Assembly: GCA_000934665.2 (NCBI GenBank)
Contig: JYFJ02004288.1
Location: 1-33,223 of the forward strand
Direction of reading: 5' to 3'
DNA: 33,223 nt
DNA from: Catajapyx aquilonaris
Lineage: Eukaryota
A program made the translations under genes and the position numbers. The notes under the pieces are model-generated. The model searched no databases, was not told the origin of the DNA, and saw only the letters and a program-made list of their open reading frames with translations. Positions 10,801-22,259 of the stretch are shown here, piece by piece; position 1 is the stretch's first letter; every line of letters starts with the position of its first letter.

Positions 10801-13240
10801 CATAGCCAGATAGGATACTCGGCGAATATGCAGTGGAAAGGGGCGCTCCCACACTATGCAGAAGCCAGGGATACATACCAGAACCAGACATGTACAAGAA
10901 GGGACATTTGAAGATGTGCACCAGGGGTAGTGCAAAGTCATGCAAGCCTCCGTTTATGATCATTAAATCCACTTTTTTGCCGGATTCCACCAATTCTTTA
11001 ACCTAACCAAAGAATTGATAATATTATTTAAAACCATCCTGTACATATACACTATACAGGGTCATCGAAAAAGAATGTCCAATTTAAAAAACCATATAAC
11101 TCGAAAATGTGTAGACATATCTAAACGATTTAAGTGTTGAAATGCTAAGGAATGTCTAAGGTTTTGTTCTTACCATATAGTTTCTTTCGATATGAGCACC
11201 ATTTGTCGCTCGGAAAATTTAAATACGGTAATCGTTGTCTTGCCTAACCCGCTCAGGCATGTCTGGCGTTACCATTGCAATCTTTTCCCGTAGGTGATGG
11301 AGATGCCAGACGCTTCACCATACATGTGTCTCCACAGAGGGAGCATGGTGGTCTAGTGGCTATGCTACTGGCTAGCCAAGCGAGACTCGAAGCTAGAGGT
11401 GCGGGCGAGGTGGGGTTCAAATGCCGTCCCCATCACCTCTGCTTGGTCGAGTCTTTTTCCGATTTTCACCCGACAAGTCTGGGAAGAATTGCACTCCCTT
11501 CTCTGCCCAGGGCCAAGAGAAAAGATCTGGTATTTAAGAGGGCCAGAACTCAGAAATGACAAGAAACTACGGTAATTAAGAGCGCCCTCCTTAGTAACCT
11601 CCCCCTCCAAAAGGGCCCAAGGCCCTATCCAGGGATATTTCAAACAAATAAACAAAATGTGTCTCTACAAAAAAGTCAATCGGGGTAAGATCTGGGCTTC
11701 TGGAAGGGCTAGGCATGGGAAACTTTTCATTCAAGACATTGCACACTGGGGGGCTGAACAAATGAACCTTTCCTACGTCAGGTTTGTTTCATGGATAAGG
11801 CGACTTTTTATGTGCATCGTCAAGAACAATGTGTGTGGTGTAAAGATCCGAGATATCCAGCAGCTACGGGATAGGACTGCAGCGGTAATTCCAGTTATCA
11901 TTGAGCAGACTAGGCACGGCATCAATAATTATCACCCTTTTTATCTGTCGAGCGACAAAATAATGAAGCTCGTATCGAATCAAACTAAGGTGAGACCAAA
12001 ACTTTAGAACTTTCTTTTTCATGGCATTTAAATAAACTTAAATCATTCAGATATGTCTACAAGTTTTCGAGTTATAGGGTTTTTAAAATGGGACATTCTT
12101 TTTCGATGGCCCTGTATTAAAACAGAGAAGAAAATATTTACAAGGCATTCACACACTTAGTCCTATATGACAGACAAACCGCTATAGTATACCTACTGTA
12201 ATTGAATTTATATATCTACAAAATTTAATACTATGGCTGTGTTGCTCTAATTAATGGCTCATTGCATTTTCATTCAATAAACCAATAAATTTAGAATAAA
12301 TAGGCTTACTGTAATATCATTTTTAAACCGCCCATCTGGTGAATATGATCATCGGTATTATCAAGAATATGTTATAAGTACTGGTGAATTGTTAAGAGGG
12401 TATTACACAGTTTAGATTAGACATTAGACCCTGTATCGCCTTGTATACTGTATTCGCAGAACTTGTGTCTAAAATGAGTTAAGAATTTCAGGTAAACAGT
12501 AGTTTACTCAGCTAAATTCAAATGAGCCATTGTTCAGGGTGGTGTCAGTTGTAAAGTTTATCCAGTAGGCCTACACTCATCTACAGGACTGAAATGTCGG
12601 CTAGTAGGTGGTGTACAAAAAGTACCCAAGGACGTCCTGGCTGCTAATTGGTTATTTGTCACGCCCAAATGGACCTACAAATTGTAATCATCAGGTGAAG
12701 CAAACTATACCTGTTCATACACATGGTGACTGTATGCAGCAACCCAACGAATGAATCAAACGACCCACATGAAAGTTTTATCATGAATAATTCAATAGAC
12801 TTCAACAACACAAGACATCAAGACAATCATTTTGCATGCTAAGGAATGGAAAAAAAATGTCGTACCTGTTTAGCTTGCAACATGATAAGGTCAGACATCG
12901 CCGAACCTTGTTCGCCCATCATTGAAATCATTATACCCCATTCCGGATCCATCCAGTGGCTTTTTGAAGCGATGGCATTTTGTCCAAATTCTTCCATTAG
13001 CTCAGCTTTCATAAACTCTTCCGACACTAGCCAAGTAACTCCTTTTGGGATATTTTTCATAGGAACAGGTGCAAAGACGGTGACTTCGTGACCCTTTTTC
13101 GCAAGACTCTCGGAGAAGGGGAAAAATAAGTTCATCTCGCTCTTGGTAGTACAAGGCGTGAAGATGACAATGTGCGCTGAATGTGTGACCCTAGTATTGG
13201 CCAGGGACAACAAGGCCGCGAACACTACCTTTAGATGCAT
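7870..13240 (-). CDS. UDP-glycosyltransferase (animal ER-type GT1/UGT), 5 exons: 13240-12866, 11002-10529, 10326-10092, 8460-8241, 8152-7870; 528 aa
   Basis: Exons total 1587 nt and join in frame with phases 0,0,1,2. The protein has an N-terminal signal peptide, the LAKKGHEVTV motif, the UGT signature [44 protein letters not shown], a C-terminal TM helix and a lysine-rich ER-retention tail KRKSKKE. Intron 2 is GC-AG. Confidence 0.95.
8518..8750. mobile_element. MITE with ~32-bp TIRs and ATAT flanks (UGT intron 3)
   Basis: GAAGACCTCGGGGGAAGAACGATCAAGGTCCA ... TGGACCTTGATTGTTCTTACCCCGAGGTCTTC, with ATAT on both sides. A second copy starts at 29610. Confidence 0.85.
8915..9385. mobile_element. 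Tc1/mariner-superfamily transposase 3' remnants in inverted pair
   Basis: The + strand reads PPRSSHLTSADYFLCGYLK*RVYKNKP..CLEKEGGHL, matching the WPPRSPDLxPxDFFLWGYLK motif. A homologous segment lies on the - strand at about 8915-9080. Confidence 0.65.
9437..9801. mobile_element. MITE with ~140-bp TIRs
   Basis: CAAGGGAATG..CCTTCGATTTGGCTGAAACT..GAGATATGAGC is mirrored by GCTCATATCTC..AGTTTCAGCCAAATCGAAGG..CATTCCCTTG. Confidence 0.9.
9907..10052. mobile_element. Palindromic MITE, copy 1 of family shared with 15446-15582
   Basis: Arms TTTTGGCTACTTTATCCTGGTCTTGAAGCAACCCTTC / GAAGGGTTGCTTCAAGACCGGGATAAAGTGGCCAAAA. Confidence 0.85.
10391..10500. mobile_element. piggyBac-like MITE remnant in UGT intron 2
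   Basis: Starts TTAA|CCCTT and has internal inverted repeats AGTCTGGTCAC..TGGGTAAC / GTTACCCA..GTGAGCAGACT. The right terminus is missing. Confidence 0.4.
11057..12114. mobile_element. Tc1/mariner-type fold-back non-autonomous element with nested SINE
   Basis: TA|CAGGGTCATCGAAAAAGAATGTCC ... GGACATTCTTTTTCGATGGCCCTG|TA. The long imperfect arms each contain transposase C-terminal coding remnants (VTPDM..YRI*IFRATNGAHIE). Confidence 0.88.
11337..11656 (+). mobile_element. tRNA-derived SINE
   Basis: A-box TGGTCTAGTGG, B-box-like GGTTCAAATGC, 3' end GGGCCCAAGGCCCTATCC plus a CAAA-rich tail. TSD ATGTGTCTC(C/T)ACA at 11324-11336 and 11657-11669. Confidence 0.8.
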
Positions 13241-13782
13241 CCTTCACACTGCACTGACTCTGTATGGTAAGCGAAAATCCTGACACGCACCGATGGTTTT
13301 TTGCTCTTCATTCAAGGCCGTTTACACCAAGGTTTACACATTTTGGGATGATGTAACAAAAACCCCAGCTGATAATTGGAGTGATATAAGAACAGCGGAA
13401 GAATGGAATGTTACGAATGGTTCTGAAGTACACGAGGGTCTGATAAGGATAAGATACGTCTCTGCGCGTTTGAAATGAGATCTGGTAGATATTAATGATT
13501 TTTAGGTTTCATGATGTTATGCAACATGTGCCTTCAATATATTAAATGTCAGAAAGAGTACATTATTTACACATCAATGTTTACATAGTGCAGTTTTTAA
13601 AGTTTATCATAAAAATTATAATATACGAGGCATTTTATCAGAAATAATGTAGGCAAAAATGTGCTGTAGACTAATATTATAATTTTTTACAGTAAAAATT
13701 AATTTGCATTCGTAAAATAGTAGGCCTCCTATAAAGGAACCACGTGTCTGGTGTTAGACACTTTATGGTCCAAAACAAGGCC

Positions 13783-14060
13783 AATAATAATAATAATAAT
13801 GGATACCCCGTGATAAGCCTCCTTGGGCTTTTTAGGGGATCATCTTTTTAAGTGACCGACTTTAATCATTGCCTTTGATGCGATGGATTTTGATAGTGGG
13901 GGGGGGGGGAACGGGAGAACCCCGAGAAAACCCACGCGAACACGGAGAGAACCCATCGAAACTCTATCCACATAAACATCCTCTGTCCGATCCGGGGATC
14001 GAACTCTGGACATTAGAGGTGGAAGGCTGTGGCGCTAACCACTCGGCCACCATGTCGCCC
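13783..14060 (-). mobile_element. tRNA-derived SINE with V-domain-like core and (ATT)n tail
   Basis: A-box TGGCCGAGTGG, B-box AGTTCGATCCC, core GTTCTCTCCGTGTTCGCGTGGGTTTTCTCGGGGTTCTCCCG, tail (ATT)6. Confidence 0.8.
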
Positions 14061-14421
14061 TTCCGTTTTAACTCTTGGTTTATGCATGGCTCGCAAGAAA
14101 ATATTCACAAATTTACCCACAAATTTTTGGGGGCCCAAATTCGTGGACATGTGGCCTATGGAATACCACGCCCATTATTCTGGTTACATTTTAAAGGAAA
14201 ACTAATTCCATATGCACATTCTCCTCATCTTTCTCTTTCATTTAATATAATTATATTAGGTTTATTGGATTTTGACCACTTCCACGAACGGAAAAAATTC
14301 TCCAAAACGGTCTCATTTTAGGCTTAAACTCTTTTAGGCTTAAAATCGCTTAAGCTAGATATTAAATGCGTAAAATATTAATATCTAAAATATTCCAAGG
14401 TAAGCGAGTCATGCCATCAAT

Positions 14422-17400
14422 TTATGTGGAGTAAACGTTGATGCTTTGACTTTGCCGCACGTAAGCCAACCAATAGGCCACGTTGAACAGCAAGAAGCCG
14501 GTTGGGAAGAGGCCTAAAGAAAGACGGTCCAGAGTCTCCAAGTAGGCAGGCTCTTTTTGAGGAGCATTCTCAATGGCCGAATTTTCAAACTCCTCTGAGA
14601 CTGGGGAAACAGTGGCCACTTGGCGTTTGAAGAGTGGGTTCGTAACTACAGGACCAAAGCGATTTCTCAGCTGCACCATTGCCAGTCGAGTCTTGCGAAT
14701 CCACAAAGGAGATACCACCAACTGAAATCAAGCAGGAAAATCAGTTTGTGACACACTCTGATGTCACCACTGGCCTAACCAACCACCCTCTTCCAAACAA
14801 AGAATGGGTTGCATATACTGGTATATAGGAGGAAGTAGCCTACTGTATACATATGTCTACCTTATAAATCCCTCGTATTACCCTATAAATCCCTGTAACT
14901 CACTCGTGGCCCTCGCGACTTCTGTCTCGACTGAGGGCATTTTTTCGACTTCCGCAGTTTGGACTTGTGGAGGTAGGTAGAAATGTAAAAGCAGAAGGCA
15001 TATTCCAAGAGGGCGAAGAAAACGAATCCAATGCAAGCGATGATCCACACTTCTATGCACTTGACTCCTTGAGCTGGTGGCGATCGAGTGCGAACAGCCT
15101 CGTACATGGTCACAAGGGTTAAAAGAGTGGTTACAAGGAGAACCATCCTGCCTGGAACCACCTCTGGTGGCACAATGAAGCTAATCCAGGATATGAATAC
15201 GAATAGAGCGCTGGGAATGTATGTCTGTAGGACATAGTAGCTCAGACGACGTCGTAAAACCAAGTAGAGTCGAGCTGACGAAAATTCAACTGAAGAGATA
15301 ACATGGGCATAAATTAATTTACATGCTTGAGGGTAGAAAAACGTGAAGAGGTGGCAGCCGTTCAAGTACGCGAGCCGTTCAGGCATGCATCATCATGATG
15401 CATGGTGTCATGAAAGTCTGCGTGTACAAGATATTATGTAGGCTACTATGGGGCTCAATTGTTTTGGCCACTTTATCCTGGTCTTGAAGCAACCCTTCAC
15501 ACACACCTGCTCAACGTGGGGCCTGTGCGAAGGGTTGCTTTATGACCAGGATAAAGTGGCCAAAACAATTTGAGCCCTATAGTACAGTACAGTCCTTTAT
15601 GAGATTTTAGGCATGCAGTACTTGATAATTATTTTTAAATTTAAAACGTACTGATACTAACCATTTTCCCAGTAAACAGATGTATTCGCCATTTCAGCCT
15701 TCATTTGTACTTCGAAGTAGGGCAGGTGATCCCATATTGTGGCAAACTTTATGGCATCATTATTTCGCCATTCGAACAGCATTATCTTTTTACCAAACGA
15801 ATCTGAAAGAGTTTTGTTTTAATAATAGGGTCTAATGCATTTCTTACTTATGAGCACAAATCAAAATTATGTTTAAGAGTGTATATATATACACTCTTAA
15901 ACATAATTTGTGATCACTTAGGCCTCATTTGTAGCATGTAGCCATTCACAACAATAGTTTTTGCCCCCACGTTGTAGTTACAAGATTTTGATTATTGTAA
16001 TTGTGATTAATATTATGCAATTTACAGAATTAACTTATGTAATTCCAAGTTGCAAGGGTACCGCACCAATGGGCTAACTACTTCGGTACTCCGGTGTACC
16101 CTTGCCAGTGGTACTTCCTTAGGTACTACCTTACTCTTTGGTACTCCTTGGTACTTCTTGAATTTGGCACTCCAGTGTGCACTTTTCAGTCGAGTGGTTA
16201 CCCCCTTGTACCGTACAGTAGCTTCTACACATCACCATGATTTACACATATCCTTGACGCTTATACGTAGTAGGACATACTTGATATTAGGCTATAATAC
16301 TGTATTATGATGCAGGAGTTTAGATAATATGACAATAGGCTCTGTTACTTACAGCTGGTGAAATCCAAATGACACGATTGTACGTCTAGCGGGTAAAGGA
16401 CAAAATCCATTGGACACACCACCGTTGCTTCTCCACTGGAATGGAACCGTTTTTAATGCATTTTTACAAGCGTTAATAATTCAAAGTGCCCCTTCTAGTA
16501 TAATGACGTATACCGTATGTATACCACAGCAATAACGCTGTACTCAATATTCACTGTATTTTTGAAACCCTACATAATTTATTATTATACGCACGCTATG
16601 GAATAACGGATCGTTTTGTTGCCAAAAATCATAATTGATTCTATTTTCTCCAAAAATGATGTGGCTTCCAAGGACTTCATGTTTGTGATGTAAATATCAG
16701 GCAACCAAAATCGGGACAAGGATTTTGGATCTAGCATGAGGGCATCTTCACTCTCAAAATATTCTGCATCAACTAGGACTAATCGCTCCTCTTGCCAGTA
16801 CACCATTACATGAAAGTACATCTTGACTTCCTGCAAAAAAATAGGAATAAAAGGTTACTGTAGCCTATATAGCTGACAAGGACGAGCTTCTTGAAGATAT
16901 CCTACGAGATTCTGTGTAACCACTGCAAATATTTCATTCTGAAAGTGCAGTTCGTGATATCACTGCAGGACATGGACTTTCAATACAAATGAATGCAAAA
17001 AAAGTAATATACAAAGTTTGGGTAAGTTCTTAGACAAGATTTCATGAAAGTATAAGATTAAAATATCGTCATACTATCCTGCATAATCTATTTTCTGACC
17101 ACACTGCGAGCACCTGTTTCTCGCAGGAGTGATGTCCAGGAATTAACTTTAGGCCTAATTGGAATTCCCCAGGTCGTGGTGCATAGTGTGCAAAGTTGAG
17201 AAGTAATTTTTATCACAATAGGCATTTCATATTTTCAACTTTTTCGAAATTAAACGTAATGTTCTTACTGATCGTTCTTCAATTACGTCGGAAATCTCCC
17301 GAAGAAACAGCGACAAGGAGACACGAATAGGTTCACCTGCGGAATGACGTAAAATATAAATTATTATCAAAACCAGGTCAATAAATGAATTTAATGCGTA

Positions 17401-18984
17401 GGCTAATCATTACTCCTTTATGCAGGGTGTTTCAACTTTTTTGCCCGAACAGTTATCGGAAAATTGCACGTAGCTGCTACGTTGTAAGCAGTGACTTGCA
17501 AACGGTGATTTCTCGGAGGAACGGGAAATATTCTCTGCGAATCGTAGGTTGAAGTGGTATACGTGCTGACCGCTGGAAATTGAGGGTCAAGCCTGGAAAA
17601 AAGAGGGTCACACATGCCATGGGATGTGTGACCCTCTTTTTCCCCATTCCCCATTCCTCTGACAAATCACAGGTTGCAAGGCACTGCTTACAAAGTAGCA
17701 GCTACGTGCAATTTTCCGATAACTGTTCGGACAAAAAAGTTGAAACACCCTGTATTTATAGTGCTTTATCAGGAATGTAATGATATCGGTTTGTTAATAA
17801 TGACATGGTGGACGTTAAAAAATAATAAAAAATCTGGTAATGGATTAAATGCAGTGCACCAAACTGGTTCATGTAAGTGGGCATCAATCGCACCCAATGA
17901 CCCATTGCCATATTTTGATTCCAACCCTTCCGGATCACCTATCTCGTTATCCGAGTGCGATATGAGACACAGAATATTGTCATATGCCGCATGCATTTAA
18001 CACAAGATAAATCGGAAACAATCATAAGCAAGGAATGACAACACCGCATCGTACCGAGCCTAATATCGCCCTCAGTTATCGCGGTTGGTTGTCCGGAATG
18101 GGTGGCCTTCAGAATGATAAGCTTAGAGCAAGACTATAATGTATCAGAATCAAACCTTTTTTTCTCAATGGAGGCATCTCTGTGTCGTAATCAGCTGGAA
18201 GTTCAAATATCTTGCGGGCCCCAGAATTTAAGTCCTGACTCTCTCCTGCATGTCCTGTGGTGTCATCATTAGACCATACTAGCCTAAAAATGTGAAATTA
18301 TCTGTTGTGTTACTATTGTACCACAACTATGAAGGAGTCCTGATATTCCTGGCCAAGAGTCTCTATATGACATTATGAGTATGTCTGACCAAGGTCTGAC
18401 TTCGAACCGGTTGTAAGAATGAAATCTCACATATAGGCTTTCACGTATTTACCTGCTGGGTAGTGATACCATCGTGTACTGCTCAATGACAAAAGTTGAG
18501 TAAAAAATTTAGAGTTTGTTTACCCCAGTAACTAATTGAAAGCAAATCAACAAGCCGCGATTTTTGCAACATCCATTGGGCTTCTTTATTTTAAGCCGAG
18601 ATTACTGGGATCAATATGTGACCTGCAATCAATAACCCTTAGCCTACTCCCTCCTCGATTTGAACTATGAACTTGGGCAGTGCAATACCCTGGTAAAAGA
18701 TTACAATTATTTAATGTGCGGAAATTGTAAGAAGCTTAACCTTCAACCAATTCTGCGTCACTAATGTCATGGATCCCTATAGGGACATAATTATTGGCAT
18801 AATGGCTCGATTCCTCTGACGTGCAGGTAATAATAATTTATTTGCGACCTCCTCGAGGGAAATAAACAACTCCGGTATGCTACAGTAGTTCAGTGCCTAA
18901 TAGGTTTTCAGGGAACCTGAATAATGGGACTATATTTTTTGAATTTTTTGACTTCACAAATTGGACGGCATGATGACTCCGAAT

Positions 18985-19035
<51 letters not shown>

Positions 19036-19714
19036 AAAGATATTCATTTTGAACCAAAAATATAATAGGAGTCTTGCAATTTCAAATTTGGGTTTTCAGC
19101 CAATCTCGTCAACGAGTTTTGTGTAAAATGACACGGAAAGTTGATATGACACACTGCATAACATATTTTGTTCTGTGCAAAAACACTCCAAAACATGTCA
19201 AGTGACACACGTGTGGAAGAATGGAAGTATGACACATACACGTATAATGTACAGTACGTCATAGGGCACACATTAGTGGTTCTCTGCGGCAGAATCTGTA
19301 TTTCAACTCGTATTTTCCTCTCGCGTTTGAGATGACACATTTTACAGCGCCGGTTTCGGCAAAAACATTTTCCATTTTGTTGTTTTTTGTGCTACACATT
19401 TCGTTTGCAGACGTCAGATCGGCCAACTCACTAAAATGTGTCATAAGGATGACACATCTTCGCATATTTCCTATTATGCTATGTACTGTAGGCCTACAAT
19501 GTAGGCCTATCTGTAACTGTATTCATATGATATTTATCACTAATAAATTTTTAACATTTACACTAACAAATAACATGCAACGAATGAATTTCGTTTTTAT
19601 AAAACCTAAATTATTAAACTATCACATTTAAATACTAAAATAACGAGCTCTTATGTCATACAAGTACCTTGAAAAGAAGCAAATGGTGGCCCAGCATTGC
19701 ACGATCGGCTTCAT
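14422..19714 (-). CDS. Cys-loop (pentameric) ligand-gated ion channel subunit A, GABA/glycine-receptor-like; 8 exons: 19714-19668, 18283-18156, 17336-17269, 16830-16595, 16435-16353, 15802-15662, 15289-14904, 14721-14422; 462 aa
   Basis: All introns are GT-AG and exons join in frame (1389 nt). Motifs: signal peptide MKPIVQCWATICFFSRLVWS, loop A FWLPDIYITN, Cys-loop CPMDFVLYPLDVQSC, M1 YVLQTYIPSALFVFISWISF, M2 VPGRMVLLVTTLLTLVTM, M3 CIGFVFFALLEYA, M4 LDRLSLGLFPTGFLLFNVAYW. Exon 1 is the least certain but matches paralog B in size (47 nt) and phase. Confidence 0.92.
15446..15582. mobile_element. Palindromic MITE, copy 2, TA target duplication (Tc1/mariner type)
   Basis: TA|CTATGGGGCTCAATTGTTTTGGCCACTTTATCCTGGTC ... 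GACCAGGATAAAGTGGCCAAAACAATTTGAGCCCTATAG|TA. Confidence 0.9.
15864..15909. repeat. Perfect 46-bp palindrome centred on (TA)n
   Basis: AAATTATGTTTAAGAGTGTATAT|ATATACACTCTTAAACATAATTT. Confidence 0.9.
17423..17752. mobile_element. Mariner-type MITE with ~90-bp TIRs and an internal hairpin
   Basis: CAGGGTGTTTCAACTTTTTTG ... CAAAAAAGTTGAAACACCCTG|TA. Internal stem AAAAAGAGGGTCACACAT / ATGTGTGACCCTCTTTTT at about 17598-17641. Confidence 0.9.
18985..19032. repeat. (AAC)16 microsatellite
   Basis: Direct reading. Confidence 0.97.
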
Positions 19715-21806
19715 GTGGCTTCTTTCAGCTCAGCGATCACTTTACAGTTCTTTCATTTATATTTTCATGAGTAAATGGAAAAGGTGGTCCTTACTACAAA
19801 GGTGTCAGATGTACTATGTATAGTAAGACTGTTGATAAGTATATGCACATGCTTGCATACTGAGCGTTTGTGTTAGGGGGAGTAGGGTGTGAACATATAC
19901 GAGTGTATGTGAAAAGAGTCAATCGGGAGTCAATATTGTGTAAGGTGTGAGGCAGTCATCGATCTAGTCACCTGGGGAATTATGAGGGCAAAATAATACA
20001 GTCACATCCAGTTCCAAAAATTGTTGATCGAAGTCATCGTGTTTATGATACGCGTTATATGTGTTCATATATTGATGGGTTTTTTTTCGTTGGTCGGACA
20101 GAACACGCAATGAGCGATGTCGGCAGGTTTACTCTGTTTAATGTTCAAATGATGAAGCATGAAGGTACATGTATTGAAACCGACAGCTATTCTCAGGTAC
20201 ACACATCTGAACGACATGTTGCACAGCATTCTCGATTATGTAGTCACCTCTGGATTTGACAAAAATGTTTCTCTCCTTCAACGTGCAAGTAGAAAGGCAA
20301 GATAGGGCAAGATCGAAGTATCGGGCTGGTCAATAGAGACAGTGGTCACACATAAGGTCAAGTATACTGACTTCGAAATCTTAGAGATATTATCAATTGA
20401 ACCTGAAACAGAATTAACCTGAGCAATCCCCTACAGTAGTTAATCGAATGATTATTATGGACCCCTTTCGATTGATACGTATTTTCTTGGGAGTGTACAA
20501 AGCATCATGTACAAAGCACCTCCATCCTTGGCTTTGTTTCAAATATAACCGCGGCCATTGCTTTTCCCTTCCCAATCGGTAGATGGCACCTCTCCCTCAA
20601 CCGCCCTCAACTATTCACAGGGACACAAACAGGTGTCACATTAACTCAATAATTTGATAGCAAATATTACTAACGTCTTTAGGCCAAGTTACAAAACAGA
20701 GTTGGACATGGGGAATGCCATGCAAGCGACAACTCAAAATTGCCGAATTTCGACATGAACCACTTTGCTTCTCAGCCACTCAAGTAAGACTCGTTCAAAT
20801 TATGCCTATTATGCATATTATGGCAAATGTTTTTAACTGAACTTATTTGTAACCATGTTTTGGCACGTCTTACTTTAATTTGAATGGACCTTGTAAATGC
20901 ACATACTGTACTTCATATGGAACATTCTCTTCTCTGTTTGCCGCTTCCAGATACGTACTTAAGTAGGCCTATATATAATATTATGTATAGGACTACTTAA
21001 TTATGAGTAAAGTTTAGGAGCCCACTGCCCAGGCTGTGACATTGGCCAAAATGAGCCAGGAACTGAAAGGTTTGTCTACAAAAAATTAACATTAAAAATT
21101 ATCTGGATGTTCTCTATTGCAAACAAAAAATTAGTTTCTTTAAGTGGCGCAAATGGTTGTCTCAAAAAAGTCTATAAAAAGTATTTAGTTAAATTTTTAA
21201 GTTACAAACTGGATATTAATAATTTTTTAGAAGTTCAATCATTCAAGATATTGGACTTTGTGTGTGAAGGCAGCCAGGTATCAACCTTGCATGTGAAACA
21301 AGTGAACAGAGGGTCTTGCTCATGTTTCAATAACGGTTCGTCTAGGTCACTTCCAGATCAAGCTGCAAAACAGAAATGCAGATGAAGGTTTGCATTTCAT
21401 TTGATCGTTGTAAACTATAATCACATCACTTTACTTTTAGAGGATCCGGAGATTCTCTGCCACATAATTCACAATATCATATCTGCAGACAGTGTAAACT
21501 GTGTAAAGTATTCCTTCCCAAAAAAAAATAGGATCACCAACTAAGCCTAATCTTTGAGGCACAGGTTTACTGCCACTTTCAAAAGGACCCTATCATTTGT
21601 GAATTTATTCGTATTCAAGAATTTTCCTTAAAAGGGTAGTGATCAGCCTGGGCAAAAAAAATCGCAAGTGATTTAGTGCTTTAATGACTTATTGAAGTGA
21701 AATGAAGTGAAATAATTCTGTGATTATGTACGTATATTACATCAAATGAAAAACAGCACTGCTAACTAATCGTACAGTTTAGTAATGCCGTAATATTGTT
21801 GTCTTA

Positions 21807-21896
21807 TGGCCGGTTTCACCAAGCCCGGTTTTCATAAAAACCCCGGTTCTTTCGGAAAATCCCTGCAATGAAAACCGGGCTTCGTGAAACCGGCCA
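21807..21896. mobile_element. PIF/Harbinger-type MITE
   Basis: TIRs TGGCCGGTTTCACCAAGCCCGGTTTTCAT / ATGAAAACCGGGCTTCGTGAAACCGGCCA, with TTA on both flanks. Confidence 0.85.
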
Positions 21897-22259
21897 TTAA
21901 AGATAGATCTATATTCTATAGGTTGTCTCTTGATTACTATATAGAGATTCCGCATAGTTGATGTCAGCTACATGTATAGTGACTATATAGCCTATTAAAT
22001 ACGGCCAGAGTAATGTAGCCACTACTTTTGCTCCAGCTATGCAGCTTTGATGTTGCTGTTGACCAGCATGAAGTAACATCTGTAAAATGTCAAGAATGAA
22101 TTATTGCAAAGGGGTCTTCTAGAACAAAAACAACAAGATTTAATTACGCCATCAACATTGCAGTACAACAATATCATTATCAGCCTTGCTTGCATCATAT
22201 CAAATGACTAGTAAAATGTGAAAATGACTTTACAAGAGACACAGAGTGACTGAATACAC

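Noticed and set aside
13869..14321. 150-aa plus-strand ORF
   Set aside because: It is mostly antisense SINE sequence with no coding signature.
16056..16215. Recurring GGTAC(T) motif, possible array
   Set aside because: Spacing is irregular and the motif short; degenerate repeat or TE remnant, not a CRISPR-like array.
18453..18472. Alternative first exon for channel A (ATG GTA TCA CTA CCC AGC AG|GTAAAT)
   Set aside because: It is in phase but gives no signal peptide. Exon 19714-19668 does give one and matches paralog B in size.
19125..19460. Repeated TGACAC motifs
   Set aside because: Probably TE subterminal repeats, but I could not define termini or a TSD.
21230..21390. Possible transposase C-terminal remnant
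   Set aside because: It needs several frameshifts and the similarity is not convincing by eye.
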